Notes under the pieces: generated by a model | Told to the model about the DNA's origin: nothing | Seen by the model: only the letters and a program-made list of their open reading frames with translations | Database searches by the model: none | Part shown: in pieces, positions 8,567 to 17,352 of the stretch | Layout of the letters: every line of letters begins with the position of its first letter | Numbering within the stretch: position 1 is the stretch's first letter | Made by a program: the position numbers and the translations under genes | Source: a virus | Lineage: Duplodnaviria > Heunggongvirae > Uroviricota > Caudoviricetes | IMG/VR virus record: IMGVR_UViG_3300033146_007472 | Length of the DNA stretch: 24,117 nt | Reading direction: 5' to 3' (one strand)

Positions 8567-10138
8567 ATGCCTGATTATTTTAATGATTTTGCTTCTTTAG
8601 ATCTTTCAAGTGCTCGTGCGCGTATTCAAGATGACTCTGAAGCCGAGAAAATACCTCGTACTGTGTTTTCAAAAGTTTTTCAGCTTGCTCCAGTTACACC
8701 TGGAATTCAACTCTTAGTCGGTGCACCTTCTTCTGGGATTGCTGAGTTCTTATCACAGCTCCCAGATGCTATTCGTTTACGTGGCGGTCAATTCTCATCC
8801 GCTGAGACGTATAATAGCGTTCTCGGCGCGTCAGTCGGTTATACTGGTTCTGATAAAGCAACGAAATTCATCAAAGATCTTGCAGCTAAAAAAAGCAAAA
8901 TTGTTATCATCGACGGTATTGAACTTGGCTCTGAAAGTACGCTCAGCGATTTTGTGTCAATGGTACGTGAAGGTTTTATTACTGACAAAACTGGAATTCA
9001 CGGTGACATTGATGCTTCGGGTTTAACCTTCTATTTCACGCTCCGCGAAGAACTTGCTGCAGATTCTGAGCTAACTTCGTCTATGATCCGTGAGCGGTTG
9101 CTAAAGCTCCGGAAACCTGACGGCTCGGCTGTTGTTCCGCCTGAGTTAACTGACACCGCTACAATTTCACATTTCTATTCCATCTTTCAGCGTCCAGATA
9201 CTATTCTTTCCAAAGTTTCGCAGGCTTTCTCATCACCATCACCAACTCGACTAAAAGAAGCAACTGAGACATTCTTTTTAACTAACCGTGAAATTTTTGA
9301 TATCGCGAGACAGAGCGTAGTTGTTCATCGCGACGAAGATCGCAAAAAACTGCTAGTAGACGGTGCTGTGTATAAAGAGAGCCGTACTTTAGCCAAGTCG
9401 GATTTTTATGACTTTAATGACTCATTAGCAACATACTTCGGCCAAGAAGACGCAATTTCTGTTTTTCAAGACGCACTAGCTTTCAAAGTCCAGAGTTCTA
9501 TTTCGCGGCCTACTTCACTCTTTTGTGTTGGTCCTCCTGGAATAGGAAAAACCGAGATAGCGAAGCGTCTCGGCAAAGCGATCGGTGGTTTTGTTGAAAT
9601 CCAATGCAATGTTATTAGCTCACCTGAGACCTTATTCGGTTCCGCGCGGTCTCCTGGTTTGTTGACACGCGGCTTGACTAAAGGTGAACCAGCGGTTATA
9701 TTATTTGACGAAGCCGAGAAAATGGACACTCCGACCGTTTTAAGTCTCTTACAACTCATCGATGCTGGGTCATTATATGACGCGTATCTAAAAGAAACTT
9801 GGCCGTTAAGCGAAATCCTTATAGTCTTTACCTCTAATGCTATTAAAGATCCAGATATTACGCCGGACGAAGCGCGTAGTGTCTTAAAGCAACGTTTTCC
9901 AGAGGAATATGTAGACCGTCTAGACTTTATTGTACCATTCCGTTTTTTTTCTCAAGAGCATAAAGAGCGCATCGCGCAAGATATGGCAAAAACTCTTGAA
10001 ATCTCATTGTCACCGGCTGAACTCGAAGATGTTACTTCGCCGAATTCAATCCGACAAATTAAACTTGAGCTTCAAGGGATTATGTCTAGAAAAGCTTCAG
10101 CCGAATTAAAACGCACGAGGCCATCACGTATTCGTTAA
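8567..10138 (+). CDS. Clp-type AAA+ ATPase with two D2-like modules; the first is degenerate
   Basis: C-terminal module: GPPGIGKT, ILFDEAEK, VFTSNA, 'YVDRLDFIVPF'. N-terminal module: 'LLVGAPSSGIAEF', 'LGASVGYTG', 'IIDGIE', 'GFITDKTG'. GGAGAG RBS. Confidence 0.8.
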   Translation: MPDYFNDFASLDLSSARARIQDDSEAEKIPRTVFSKVFQLAPVTPGIQLLVGAPSSGIAEFLSQLPDAIRLRGGQFSSAETYNSVLGASVGYTGSDKATKFIKDLAAKKSKIVIIDGIELGSESTLSDFVSMVREGFITDKTGIHGDIDASGLTFYFTLREELAADSELTSSMIRERLLKLRKPDGSAVVPPELTDTATISHFYSIFQRPDTILSKVSQAFSSPSPTRLKEATETFFLTNREIFDIARQSVVVHRDEDRKKLLVDGAVYKESRTLAKSDFYDFNDSLATYFGQEDAISVFQDALAFKVQSSISRPTSLFCVGPPGIGKTEIAKRLGKAIGGFVEIQCNVISSPETLFGSARSPGLLTRGLTKGEPAVILFDEAEKMDTPTVLSLLQLIDAGSLYDAYLKETWPLSEILIVFTSNAIKDPDITPDEARSVLKQRFPEEYVDRLDFIVPFRFFSQEHKERIAQDMAKTLEISLSPAELEDVTSPNSIRQIKLELQGIMSRKASAELKRTRPSRIR

Positions 10139-10156
10139 TTTCAAAAGGAGTTAAGC

Positions 10157-10585
10157 ATGCAATTTATTAAATCTTATGATTCTCGAAAATTATTCAATAA
10201 AACGACGAACATGACAGGCACTTTTTCTCGTGATCAATTAACCGCTGATCTATCTAAAACAGCTGGGTCTTCAATTAACATTTCCAAACTGTTTCAACAA
10301 ACGACTGGGCAGGAACAAAATTATTGGGTTGCAGTTGTAAAGGTTGCTGATACTACTGGCTACATTCAAGGTCTTGTTGGTGTACTTGCCGCAGACGACG
10401 TAGCTGCGACGAGTCTTCAAGCTGAAGTCCAGCGGACTCTAGAGCTTCTCGGTCTTGATGTAGCTCGAAATACTATAGACCTCACAATTCCGGAATCTTC
10501 ATCGGCTTTAACACGACTTCAAGCTACTTATTCAGCCTGCTGTTCAGTCACTACCTCGGGTGCATATTCTATGAAACAGCGCTAG
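10157..10585 (+). CDS. Hypothetical protein (142 aa)
   Basis: Strong RBS AAAAGGAG; starts 18 nt after the AAA+ gene. Confidence 0.8.
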   Translation: MQFIKSYDSRKLFNKTTNMTGTFSRDQLTADLSKTAGSSINISKLFQQTTGQEQNYWVAVVKVADTTGYIQGLVGVLAADDVAATSLQAEVQRTLELLGLDVARNTIDLTIPESSSALTRLQATYSACCSVTTSGAYSMKQR

Positions 10586-10600
10586 CAGCGCATAGGTTGC

Positions 10601-10630
10601 TTGACATACTTCGGCATACTTAGCTGTAAT
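10601..10630 (+). promoter_or_regulatory. Sigma70-type promoter
   Basis: TTGACA at 10601-10606, an 18-nt spacer, then TGTAAT at 10625-10630, upstream of the 73-aa and nuclease genes. Confidence 0.5.
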
Positions 10631-10701
10631 ATATGCTTTAACTCTATCTTTTTGTTTAAACCCAGCATAGGCCTGGATTTACCTATAGCTATTAAGGATG
10701 T

Positions 10702-10923
10702 TTGTCAATGTATTCACCAAATACTATTAGTTCACAAACTACGCCTGTCGCGTTAAAAGCATATCTGACTACGGTAAGCACGCCACAGCTTCTTGAAACT
10801 TGGCGCTCGTTACAAAATATTCGCTGGTCTGGAACTCCGAAAGTACTAAGCACTTCTCCGCCATCTTTTATGACGGTGTATCATTTTCTTAAACTTGAGC
10901 TACGCTTTCGGGGATGCTTATGA
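10702..10923 (+). CDS. Small hypothetical protein (73 aa; the start may be ATG 10708)
   Basis: AAGGA upstream. Its TGA overlaps an in-frame ATG of the nuclease gene (ATGA at 10920-10923), which suggests translational coupling. Confidence 0.6.
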   Translation: MSMYSPNTISSQTTPVALKAYLTTVSTPQLLETWRSLQNIRWSGTPKVLSTSPPSFMTVYHFLKLELRFRGCL

Positions 10924-11480
10924 GACGCTCCGTGTTCATACGTAGTTTTGTATTGTGTATTTTGCTAAGCTTTTTTATTACCGGTTTAAGTTTATCTGCG
11001 GATACTACTGAGATATCACTAGGTTGTTTTGAAATACAAGATGTTATTGACGGAGATACTTTTGATGCTGATCTAAATTCAGATGGATACATTGACCAAT
11101 CGACTGAACGAATCCGAATTCTCGGAATCGATGCTTTTGAATATTTTTCAGCTCGAGATTTACGTGCTCCGGAGGTTACAAATACTCCAAAGTATCATAG
11201 GCTACAAAAACAAGCCGAAACCTACGCTTTATCGGTTACTGAAGCCATTCAGCGCGGCCGTGAGGCTAGGAGCATTGTACGTATAGCTGCTAAATCTAGC
11301 CTAGTTTGCCTAATAACTTCTGGCGTAGATCGCGGTTATTATGGACGTTTATTAAGCTATGCCGAGTTTAACACTGTAGACATTGGCCAAGTTTTGTTAT
11401 CACAGTCTTTGGCATATGTGTACCGTTCAAATAAAGCTCATAACCGATATTCGAGTTATCTCGAGGTCGAGGTGCTATAA
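10914..11480 (+). CDS. Thermonuclease (SNase-like) with N-terminal signal or anchor; probable start at 10920
   Basis: 'VIDGDTF', 'RIRILGIDAFE' and 'YYGRLLSY' match the SNase catalytic Asp, Arg, Glu and Arg positions. Has a DLNSDG loop. Confidence 0.88.
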   Translation: MLMRRSVFIRSFVLCILLSFFITGLSLSADTTEISLGCFEIQDVIDGDTFDADLNSDGYIDQSTERIRILGIDAFEYFSARDLRAPEVTNTPKYHRLQKQAETYALSVTEAIQRGREARSIVRIAAKSSLVCLITSGVDRGYYGRLLSYAEFNTVDIGQVLLSQSLAYVYRSNKAHNRYSSYLEVEVL

Positions 11481-11643
11481 TTTGTATAACGTTGCTGTAG
11501 TTATGCGGCAACGAATCTTTCTACCTCTTAACAATCCTAATTTTCGGCTCTTCTTTTAACTAATAATATCTTCGCTACGAAAATCTAGTTCGGCTTTTTT
11601 ACTACGCTACTTCAACCAGAGTCTTGAAAGTTTTGATAATCTT

Positions 11644-13809
11644 ATGATATCAAATGAAATTTCTCAAATCTTACACTTAGCTGTTCACGAGGCTAAAAGC
11701 CGTCAGCATTCGACAGTAAGTGCTGAGCACATTCTTTTTAGTTGTTTACAAACTACTAACGGAAAACAGATCTTAACTTCATTCGGCGCTGATACTACTC
11801 ACTTACTTCACGAGCTTGAGGTATACTTCCTGACTCTCGATTCTTCGGACTCGAATCTTCTACAGCTAAGCGACGATGATCATCTTAGCGCGCCAGTCTT
11901 CCGAGAACTTTTTCAGTTTTTGATGATACGCACGGCGCAAGTACGATCAACAACTGCGTCTTTAATGGATCTTATTCTAGCACTCTCGGCGACGCAAAAA
12001 ACACGGGCTGCGGCTTTATTGCACAAAAATTGTACATTAACCGAAGCTGATTTAAACATTGACTCAACTGCTGAAGATATCTCATTACCGTATGGACTGC
12101 TTAGGTATTCATCCGTAGATTTTGCAGTTTCTTCACCAGTCTACGGCCGAACTGCGGAAATTACACAGATCTTTAAAACCATGTGTTGCAAATTTACTAA
12201 CAATACTTTAATTCTCGGAGAGACTTCCATAGGTAAAACTAGCTTGTTACACGAGACTCTATATCGCTTGCAGCGAAAAGCTCCTACAGCATTGCTAAGG
12301 CATATTCCAATCTTCTGGCTTGATATTCCACAACTTCTGGCTGGTACTGTTAACCGCGGGCAAATTGAAGATTATCTACTTAATATCTCAGCTTTTTTAA
12401 CTTCACAACCTCTAGCTGTACTGGCCGCGGATGACATACACGGTATTGCGCCTGCGGCTGTTCCTGGCCGTGATTATGGTTTTTCAGCGTTAGCAAATCT
12501 ACTTCCGGTTCTACGAACTCCGAGAATTATTACGCTTTTTACTGCTAAGACTTCTGAATACCGACAAAGACTTTCTTCAAATTTGTCGATCGTTCATGCG
12601 TTCCGACCTTTAATTTTAGAGCCAATTTCAGACGAAGATACCTTGACGACACTTGCGATACATCGCAAAACTTTAGAGGAACATTTTCATACTAAAATTT
12701 CTTCTGAAGTTTTGCAGCAGTGTATTATGACTTCTAAGTCGGTTTTTCCGACTTTACCGCTGCCTACTGCGGCTGTCATGCTCCTTGATTATTCGTTGTC
12801 CACGGCAAATGGAGCTAAAGAACTGACACATGAAACTTTGCAATTGACTGCGAAAGATCTTGAGCAATCTTCGGAAGCTACAACACAACTTTTTTCGAAA
12901 TCTAAAGTTCATGCATCCGCTGACTTTTTGCACTCTAAAGTCTTTGGGCAACCTGAGGCTATCCAAGCGCTCTGTGATGTAGTATATTCTTCTTTTGCTG
13001 GATTATCCGCACCTGGACGGCCTATAGGCAGCTTCTTATTTACTGGGCCGTCTGGTGTTGGAAAAACTGAGCTTTGCATACAATTGGCTGAAGCTATCGA
13101 CTTTAATCTGATCCGCTTCGATATGAGTGAGTATTCGGAGAAGCATTCTATTTCGAAGTTGATTGGCGCACCTCCTGGCTATGTTGGCTATGAACAAGGC
13201 GGACAGTTAGTTGAAAAAATCAAAAAATTTCCGAAATCGGTCATTCTAATTGATGAAATTGAAAAATCACATCCGGAAATTCAGAATTCATTCTTACAAA
13301 TCTTAGATCATGCAACTTTAACAGATTCGTCTGGATGTAGTGTTGATTTCTCGAATAGCATAATTATCTTTACAAGTAACTTTGGCTCTGCGAACCGTTT
13401 TTACCGCCCAGCAACTTTTGTGCCTAGTGCTGAGACTGATATCTCTAACAAAACTTTAGCGAAGTTTTTTACGCCGGAATTTCAGAATCGACTTACCAGC
13501 ATAATAAACTTCAATCTCTTAGTTTCGGAAGATGTTCTACAGATTATAGTTAAAGAACTTGAAGTATATTCAGTACGCTTGGCTACGCGCGGTCTCAAAC
13601 TCTCGTACGATGACTCAGTACTAACTTGGATCTTGAATACTTCATTTAAACCGGAGTTTGGCGCACGAGATATCCGAAGGTTCATTGAAGACTCTGTAGT
13701 TTCAAAAATTGCGACACACTTAGTTTTTGACACGAATGCTTCACTAGCTTCCTCATTACATCTTTTTTATACTGCGAATGAACTGCGCCTTGAGTTTTTG
13801 ACGCGTTAA
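11644..13809 (+). CDS. clpA: ClpA-like AAA+ chaperone (Clp N-domain, degenerate D1, intact D2)
   Basis: N-domain 'LAVHEAKSRQHSTVSAEHIL'. D1 'GETSIGKT'. D2 'GPSGVGKT', 'RFDMSEYSEKHSISKLIGAPPGYVGYEQGG', 'LIDEIEK', 'PEFQNRL', 'FGAR'. No ClpB-type long coiled-coil M domain. Confidence 0.85.
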   Translation: MISNEISQILHLAVHEAKSRQHSTVSAEHILFSCLQTTNGKQILTSFGADTTHLLHELEVYFLTLDSSDSNLLQLSDDDHLSAPVFRELFQFLMIRTAQVRSTTASLMDLILALSATQKTRAAALLHKNCTLTEADLNIDSTAEDISLPYGLLRYSSVDFAVSSPVYGRTAEITQIFKTMCCKFTNNTLILGETSIGKTSLLHETLYRLQRKAPTALLRHIPIFWLDIPQLLAGTVNRGQIEDYLLNISAFLTSQPLAVLAADDIHGIAPAAVPGRDYGFSALANLLPVLRTPRIITLFTAKTSEYRQRLSSNLSIVHAFRPLILEPISDEDTLTTLAIHRKTLEEHFHTKISSEVLQQCIMTSKSVFPTLPLPTAAVMLLDYSLSTANGAKELTHETLQLTAKDLEQSSEATTQLFSKSKVHASADFLHSKVFGQPEAIQALCDVVYSSFAGLSAPGRPIGSFLFTGPSGVGKTELCIQLAEAIDFNLIRFDMSEYSEKHSISKLIGAPPGYVGYEQGGQLVEKIKKFPKSVILIDEIEKSHPEIQNSFLQILDHATLTDSSGCSVDFSNSIIIFTSNFGSANRFYRPATFVPSAETDISNKTLAKFFTPEFQNRLTSIINFNLLVSEDVLQIIVKELEVYSVRLATRGLKLSYDDSVLTWILNTSFKPEFGARDIRRFIEDSVVSKIATHLVFDTNASLASSLHLFYTANELRLEFLTR

Positions 13810-13863
13810 CTACCGCCGGCTATATATGCCTATGTAATTACATAACTCTATGTCTGAAACAAG

Positions 13864-13895
13864 AAAGGCCCGAGAAAGAAATCCTCGGGCCTTTT
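13864..13895. terminator. Bidirectional intrinsic terminator
   Basis: Perfect 11-bp stem AAAGGCCCGAG / CTCGGGCCTTT followed by T, between the convergent clpA-like and DUF736-like genes. Confidence 0.8.
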
Positions 13896-13922
13896 AAAGC
13901 TAAGTCTTGTGTACTGTTTAGC

Positions 13923-14381
13923 TTATAATGCTTTTGGCTTAGCTTTCACAACCGGAGCGTCTACGGCTGCGGCATCAGCTTCTGCGGCTTGTGACGCAAC
14001 CGCAATTTCTTCTGCACCAGACGGTTTGAAAATTGTCATATCAGCGCGATTGCTTTTTTCATCAATGTTCTCATTATTCCGCATTACTGCGGTCAAATAA
14101 ATGCTTGTCTCACCGGCATCCATTTTAATATTGAGTTTTTGGTTATCGTTCTTAGTTTTACCGGACCAGGCTACACCAACCTGGTTTGGCTTACCGTCTA
14201 CGTACTGGACGATATTATAATCCGGCGCTTTTTCATTTGTCTTATCAACATTTTTAAAGCCTGTATAATCTTTGCCGTCCAGGCCAATTCGTAGCATTGG
14301 ATTGCCTTGTTTGTCTTCATGAATCCAAATTGCACCAGCTTCGTTGTCGTTGTTAAATTCTTTTTTTTCTTCTTCAGCCAT
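13923..14381 (-). CDS. DUF736-like protein, paralog 1 (putative nucleic-acid binding)
   Basis: 'APDYNI...VGVAW' resembles the DUF736 PDY...GAAW signature. Strong RBS GAGGAG. Ala-rich then Lys-rich tail. Confidence 0.65.
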   Translation of the reverse strand: MAEEEKKEFNNDNEAGAIWIHEDKQGNPMLRIGLDGKDYTGFKNVDKTNEKAPDYNIVQYVDGKPNQVGVAWSGKTKNDNQKLNIKMDAGETSIYLTAVMRNNENIDEKSNRADMTIFKPSGAEEIAVASQAAEADAAAVDAPVVKAKPKAL

Positions 14382-14562
14382 GATTGTGCTCCTCTCAATG
14401 TTTTAAGGTGTCGTACGAAGTCTTCTGAGTATATCCGAAACTTCCATTAATGCTCGAAATCATCTTATTAGATATCTAGAGCATAGAGACGCTAGCTTCT
14501 AAATATCGTTGAGCTTTTACCTAATAACTTTTCAAACATACTAAAGATCTGCAAACCATTAA

Positions 14563-15288
14563 TTGGAGTTAGCCTGTATGCCGTCTCTGCCAGTGTCTTT
14601 TAGACTTCAAGCACGACAGCTTTTTTCTGAATTATCAATCGATACGAAGATGAAATGTCTAAGTCGTTTTTCCGCTCAAGATCTGCATCAATTATATTCC
14701 ATCTCGGCATATCTAGTTAATTCAATTATCAAGATTGAGTTCAATCTACCGCCGAATAAACATGACCGGCTTGTTAAACGTTTTTTTGACACCTACCGTC
14801 GTGATACGCCAGGCGCTACGACTGAAGACACATTTCTACGCGCGTTATTTTGTGAACTAGTTCCAATCTTATATTACTACGAACACGAGAAAAAACTAGT
14901 CACTACTACGCCGGTTGATCTTGACACGTTTTACATCTTTTTAGTCGATTTTTTCATGCTGTCGTTTAAACCATTACCGGTGACTCGTGAAGTTGAATTA
15001 AAAACATATGAATTAAAGAGGTATCCGAAAACCCGTGTTGATTTAAAACCGGAAGACCAATTCTATGTTTCTTTTGATGATGATCGTTTTGTTATTTTGC
15101 AAGCTTGCGTATTTCAAGTGAATCGTCTCCGAGTGCTATGTGGTTTTTTCGCTAAGAATTGTCATGAAAACTCGCAAGATGTCGACGAATCATCTAAGCT
15201 TAAATGGCGGTCTGAGAAATACGTGTCGGCTGATCAACTATCGCATATTGTTGAGTCTTATGATTTAGTACGCCGCAAGCTAGACTAG
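14563..15288 (+). CDS. Hypothetical protein (about 236-241 aa; ATG start at 14578 likely)
   Basis: Long ORF with typical codon bias. No family recognised. Confidence 0.75.
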   Translation: MELACMPSLPVSFRLQARQLFSELSIDTKMKCLSRFSAQDLHQLYSISAYLVNSIIKIEFNLPPNKHDRLVKRFFDTYRRDTPGATTEDTFLRALFCELVPILYYYEHEKKLVTTTPVDLDTFYIFLVDFFMLSFKPLPVTREVELKTYELKRYPKTRVDLKPEDQFYVSFDDDRFVILQACVFQVNRLRVLCGFFAKNCHENSQDVDESSKLKWRSEKYVSADQLSHIVESYDLVRRKLD

Positions 15289-15330
15289 CAAAGCCATTAC
15301 GCTCGGCATGGACGATTTTCAGGAGCGTCA

Positions 15331-15555
15331 ATGACTCAACCTCAATTAGACCAAATGACTGATTCATTGAATCTCGGTTTAGCTCATGAAGACATACGAG
15401 TGATACTTGATGTCGGATGGAATATTATAGCTAAATTTGCTGAAAGCCATGGCTCTATTGCTAATAAGGACTTCGGTACTATCTGACGTGACGATCTACT
15501 GTACTTAATGATTGCCGACATCTCACACCAAGGTTTAGAGCTAGCTGTTAACTAG
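15331..15555 (+). pseudogene. HU/IHF-like gene lacking the DNA-binding arm, with an in-frame TGA at 15484-15486 (51-aa product, or 74 codons if read through)
   Basis: AGGAG at 15321-15325, ATG at 15331. Sequence: MTQPQLDQMTDSLNLGLAHEDIRVILDVGWNIIAKFAESHGSIANKDFGTI*RDDLLYLMIADISHQGLELAVN*. FGTI at residues 48-51 matches IHF-beta FGSF 48-51, and the C-terminus resembles HU 'LKDAV(K/N)'. Not in the ORF track. Confidence 0.55.
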
Positions 15556-15576
15556 TTTTTTAGCTCTTTTTACTTC

Positions 15577-15936
15577 TCACTTCAGGTAACGTCTCGCTTC
15601 AGCCATTCTTTCTAGACTTTTTAATTTCATCTCAATAACACGAAGTTTTTTTGACAAACCTTCAAGAATGATCGGCAGTTTTATATATTCAGCATATTCG
15701 ACTTCTAGAGACAATATAGCTTCTACCGCTGCTTTTGCTTCAGTTGTTTTCTTACCGAGGTTTAAGGCTGCCGTATATTGGGTTACATACATAGTCTTAA
15801 ACTTAGACTCTAATACTGCGTATGCTGAGTATTTCTCAGTCATTAGTGTATGAATTTCTTCAAGCTGCTCTAATGCCTGTTCTGCGCGGGCTGTGATTTT
15901 TCCGTCAATTTGCATAACCTGTAACCCTTCTTTCAT
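15577..15936 (-). CDS. Helical or coiled-coil protein (119 aa), weakly reminiscent of phage UvsY
   Basis: The ORF is clear. Heptad-like pattern and size resemble T4 UvsY, but identity is low, so the function is uncertain. Confidence 0.6.
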   Translation of the reverse strand: MKEGLQVMQIDGKITARAEQALEQLEEIHTLMTEKYSAYAVLESKFKTMYVTQYTAALNLGKKTTEAKAAVEAILSLEVEYAEYIKLPIILEGLSKKLRVIEMKLKSLERMAEARRYLK

Positions 15937-16002
15937 AAGACTGGACTGATATACTGGAAGGCTAGTCGGAAGAAGTTACATTTTGTGGCTAAGTATTTTC
16001 AA

Positions 16003-17352
16003 TTAACGACGTGACCTATTTAATGAGCCACGTTTCGCGCCGAATTTAATTTCAAATTGCATTAGATACTGTTGATCTTCGGTCAGTGTTGCATAATCAT
16101 AGGCTGTTTTTTTACGACTATCTTTAGTTTGCCGGAACTTTGCGCCCAATTTCTCTAATTCAAGTAATGTCGGAATATCTTTTTTCTGCGCTGCAAACAT
16201 TCCGATTGTCCGTCCCCAGCGATCTGGAAGATCGGCTTTTACGCCGCTTAAGATAATGTCAGCGATACGCTCAATCGGAATAGATTGTTTTTTTAAACCG
16301 ATCTGATAAAGCAGACTTAGGATCGAACGACCACGTTTATCATGTGACTTTGGATCTGCACCGAGATCTAACAATGGACGTACAAGCTTATCATAGTGTG
16401 TTGAAACGACGGCATCAAATAACGGCGTATTTTTTGCTGGCGAGTTATCTGCTCGGTTAAGCCATTGTTTTATATTGTCATTCGTATATTTACTATATAA
16501 TCCGAGAACTCTACGTGCTAATACGGCATTCTGTGACGTGATTGCAGCTTGAAGTAGAGTACGGCTTTGTGCATCAACCTTGTTTAATGAAATACTTCGG
16601 ATTATTTTCGGCTTCTCATCTAAGAGCCACGAAGCTATCGAAGGAAGTTTCTCAATCACAGCGAAGAACGGCGTTCGTTCCTCTTTACTTTGTGCAATTG
16701 CATATTTTTTTGAATTGAGCTCCGATGGCGTTAACTCCGCGTCTTTATACTCATTTACGCCATCCCACGGAATTAAGTCTACAAATTGTTTCGAAACTGT
16801 TGCTTCTTCCGTCGTACCGCTAGCTTTGAGTACAACTGAGGTTTTAAGTAACTCGAGCATCCCAGTGTCGGAGGCTATTTTTTCGGATAATAAACTCAAA
16901 GCTTCAGTAACTGTAAATTGTTGCGGGTCTCGTGCCGCGATTTGTGTAAGAATCTGTGTTAGATATAGCTTATTTTTCGCTGGTTCATCTAACTGACTTA
17001 AGCTCAATATTAAGTTTACGAGGTTTTGTTGTTCAGACACTCCGCCGTAAACTAACTCGCGCTGAGCTCGCAGGTCATTCGGGAAGTGTTCAATTAACAT
17101 TTGAAGTAGCTGCGTTGACTTCAGTTCTTCATGATAGACTTCAGTTTCTTTTAATAACAAGTGTAGTACTTCAGTTCTATTTTTAAGCGGAGTTGTTACT
17201 GCGCTTTCGAATAAATCTTTGATTTCGGTTAATGACATCTTTGTTATTTTTTCATGCACGAAAGCGGTAATGCCGAAATTTTCAGCATGCATAAGTACTA
17301 ACATTATTTCAGATTTCAAGATTCTCACCTCTGATGGAAAAGTTGCGAGCAT
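16003..17352 (-). CDS. Ankyrin-repeat protein (repeats in the C-terminal half; start codon uncertain)
   Basis: Repeats 'DAQSRTLLQAAI', 'NTPLFDAV...LLDLGADP', 'DKRGRSILS', 'DRWGRTIGMFAA...LGA' and 'DSRKKTAYDYA'. Confidence 0.8.
   Translation of the reverse strand: MLATFPSEVRILKSEIMLVLMHAENFGITAFVHEKITKMSLTEIKDLFESAVTTPLKNRTEVLHLLLKETEVYHEELKSTQLLQMLIEHFPNDLRAQRELVYGGVSEQQNLVNLILSLSQLDEPAKNKLYLTQILTQIAARDPQQFTVTEALSLLSEKIASDTGMLELLKTSVVLKASGTTEEATVSKQFVDLIPWDGVNEYKDAELTPSELNSKKYAIAQSKEERTPFFAVIEKLPSIASWLLDEKPKIIRSISLNKVDAQSRTLLQAAITSQNAVLARRVLGLYSKYTNDNIKQWLNRADNSPAKNTPLFDAVVSTHYDKLVRPLLDLGADPKSHDKRGRSILSLLYQIGLKKQSIPIERIADIILSGVKADLPDRWGRTIGMFAAQKKDIPTLLELEKLGAKFRQTKDSRKKTAYDYATLTEDQQYLMQFEIKFGAKRGSLNRSRR

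Noticed and set aside
8567-13809. ClpV / type VI secretion locus
   Set aside because: No Hcp, VgrG or sheath genes are visible in the window.
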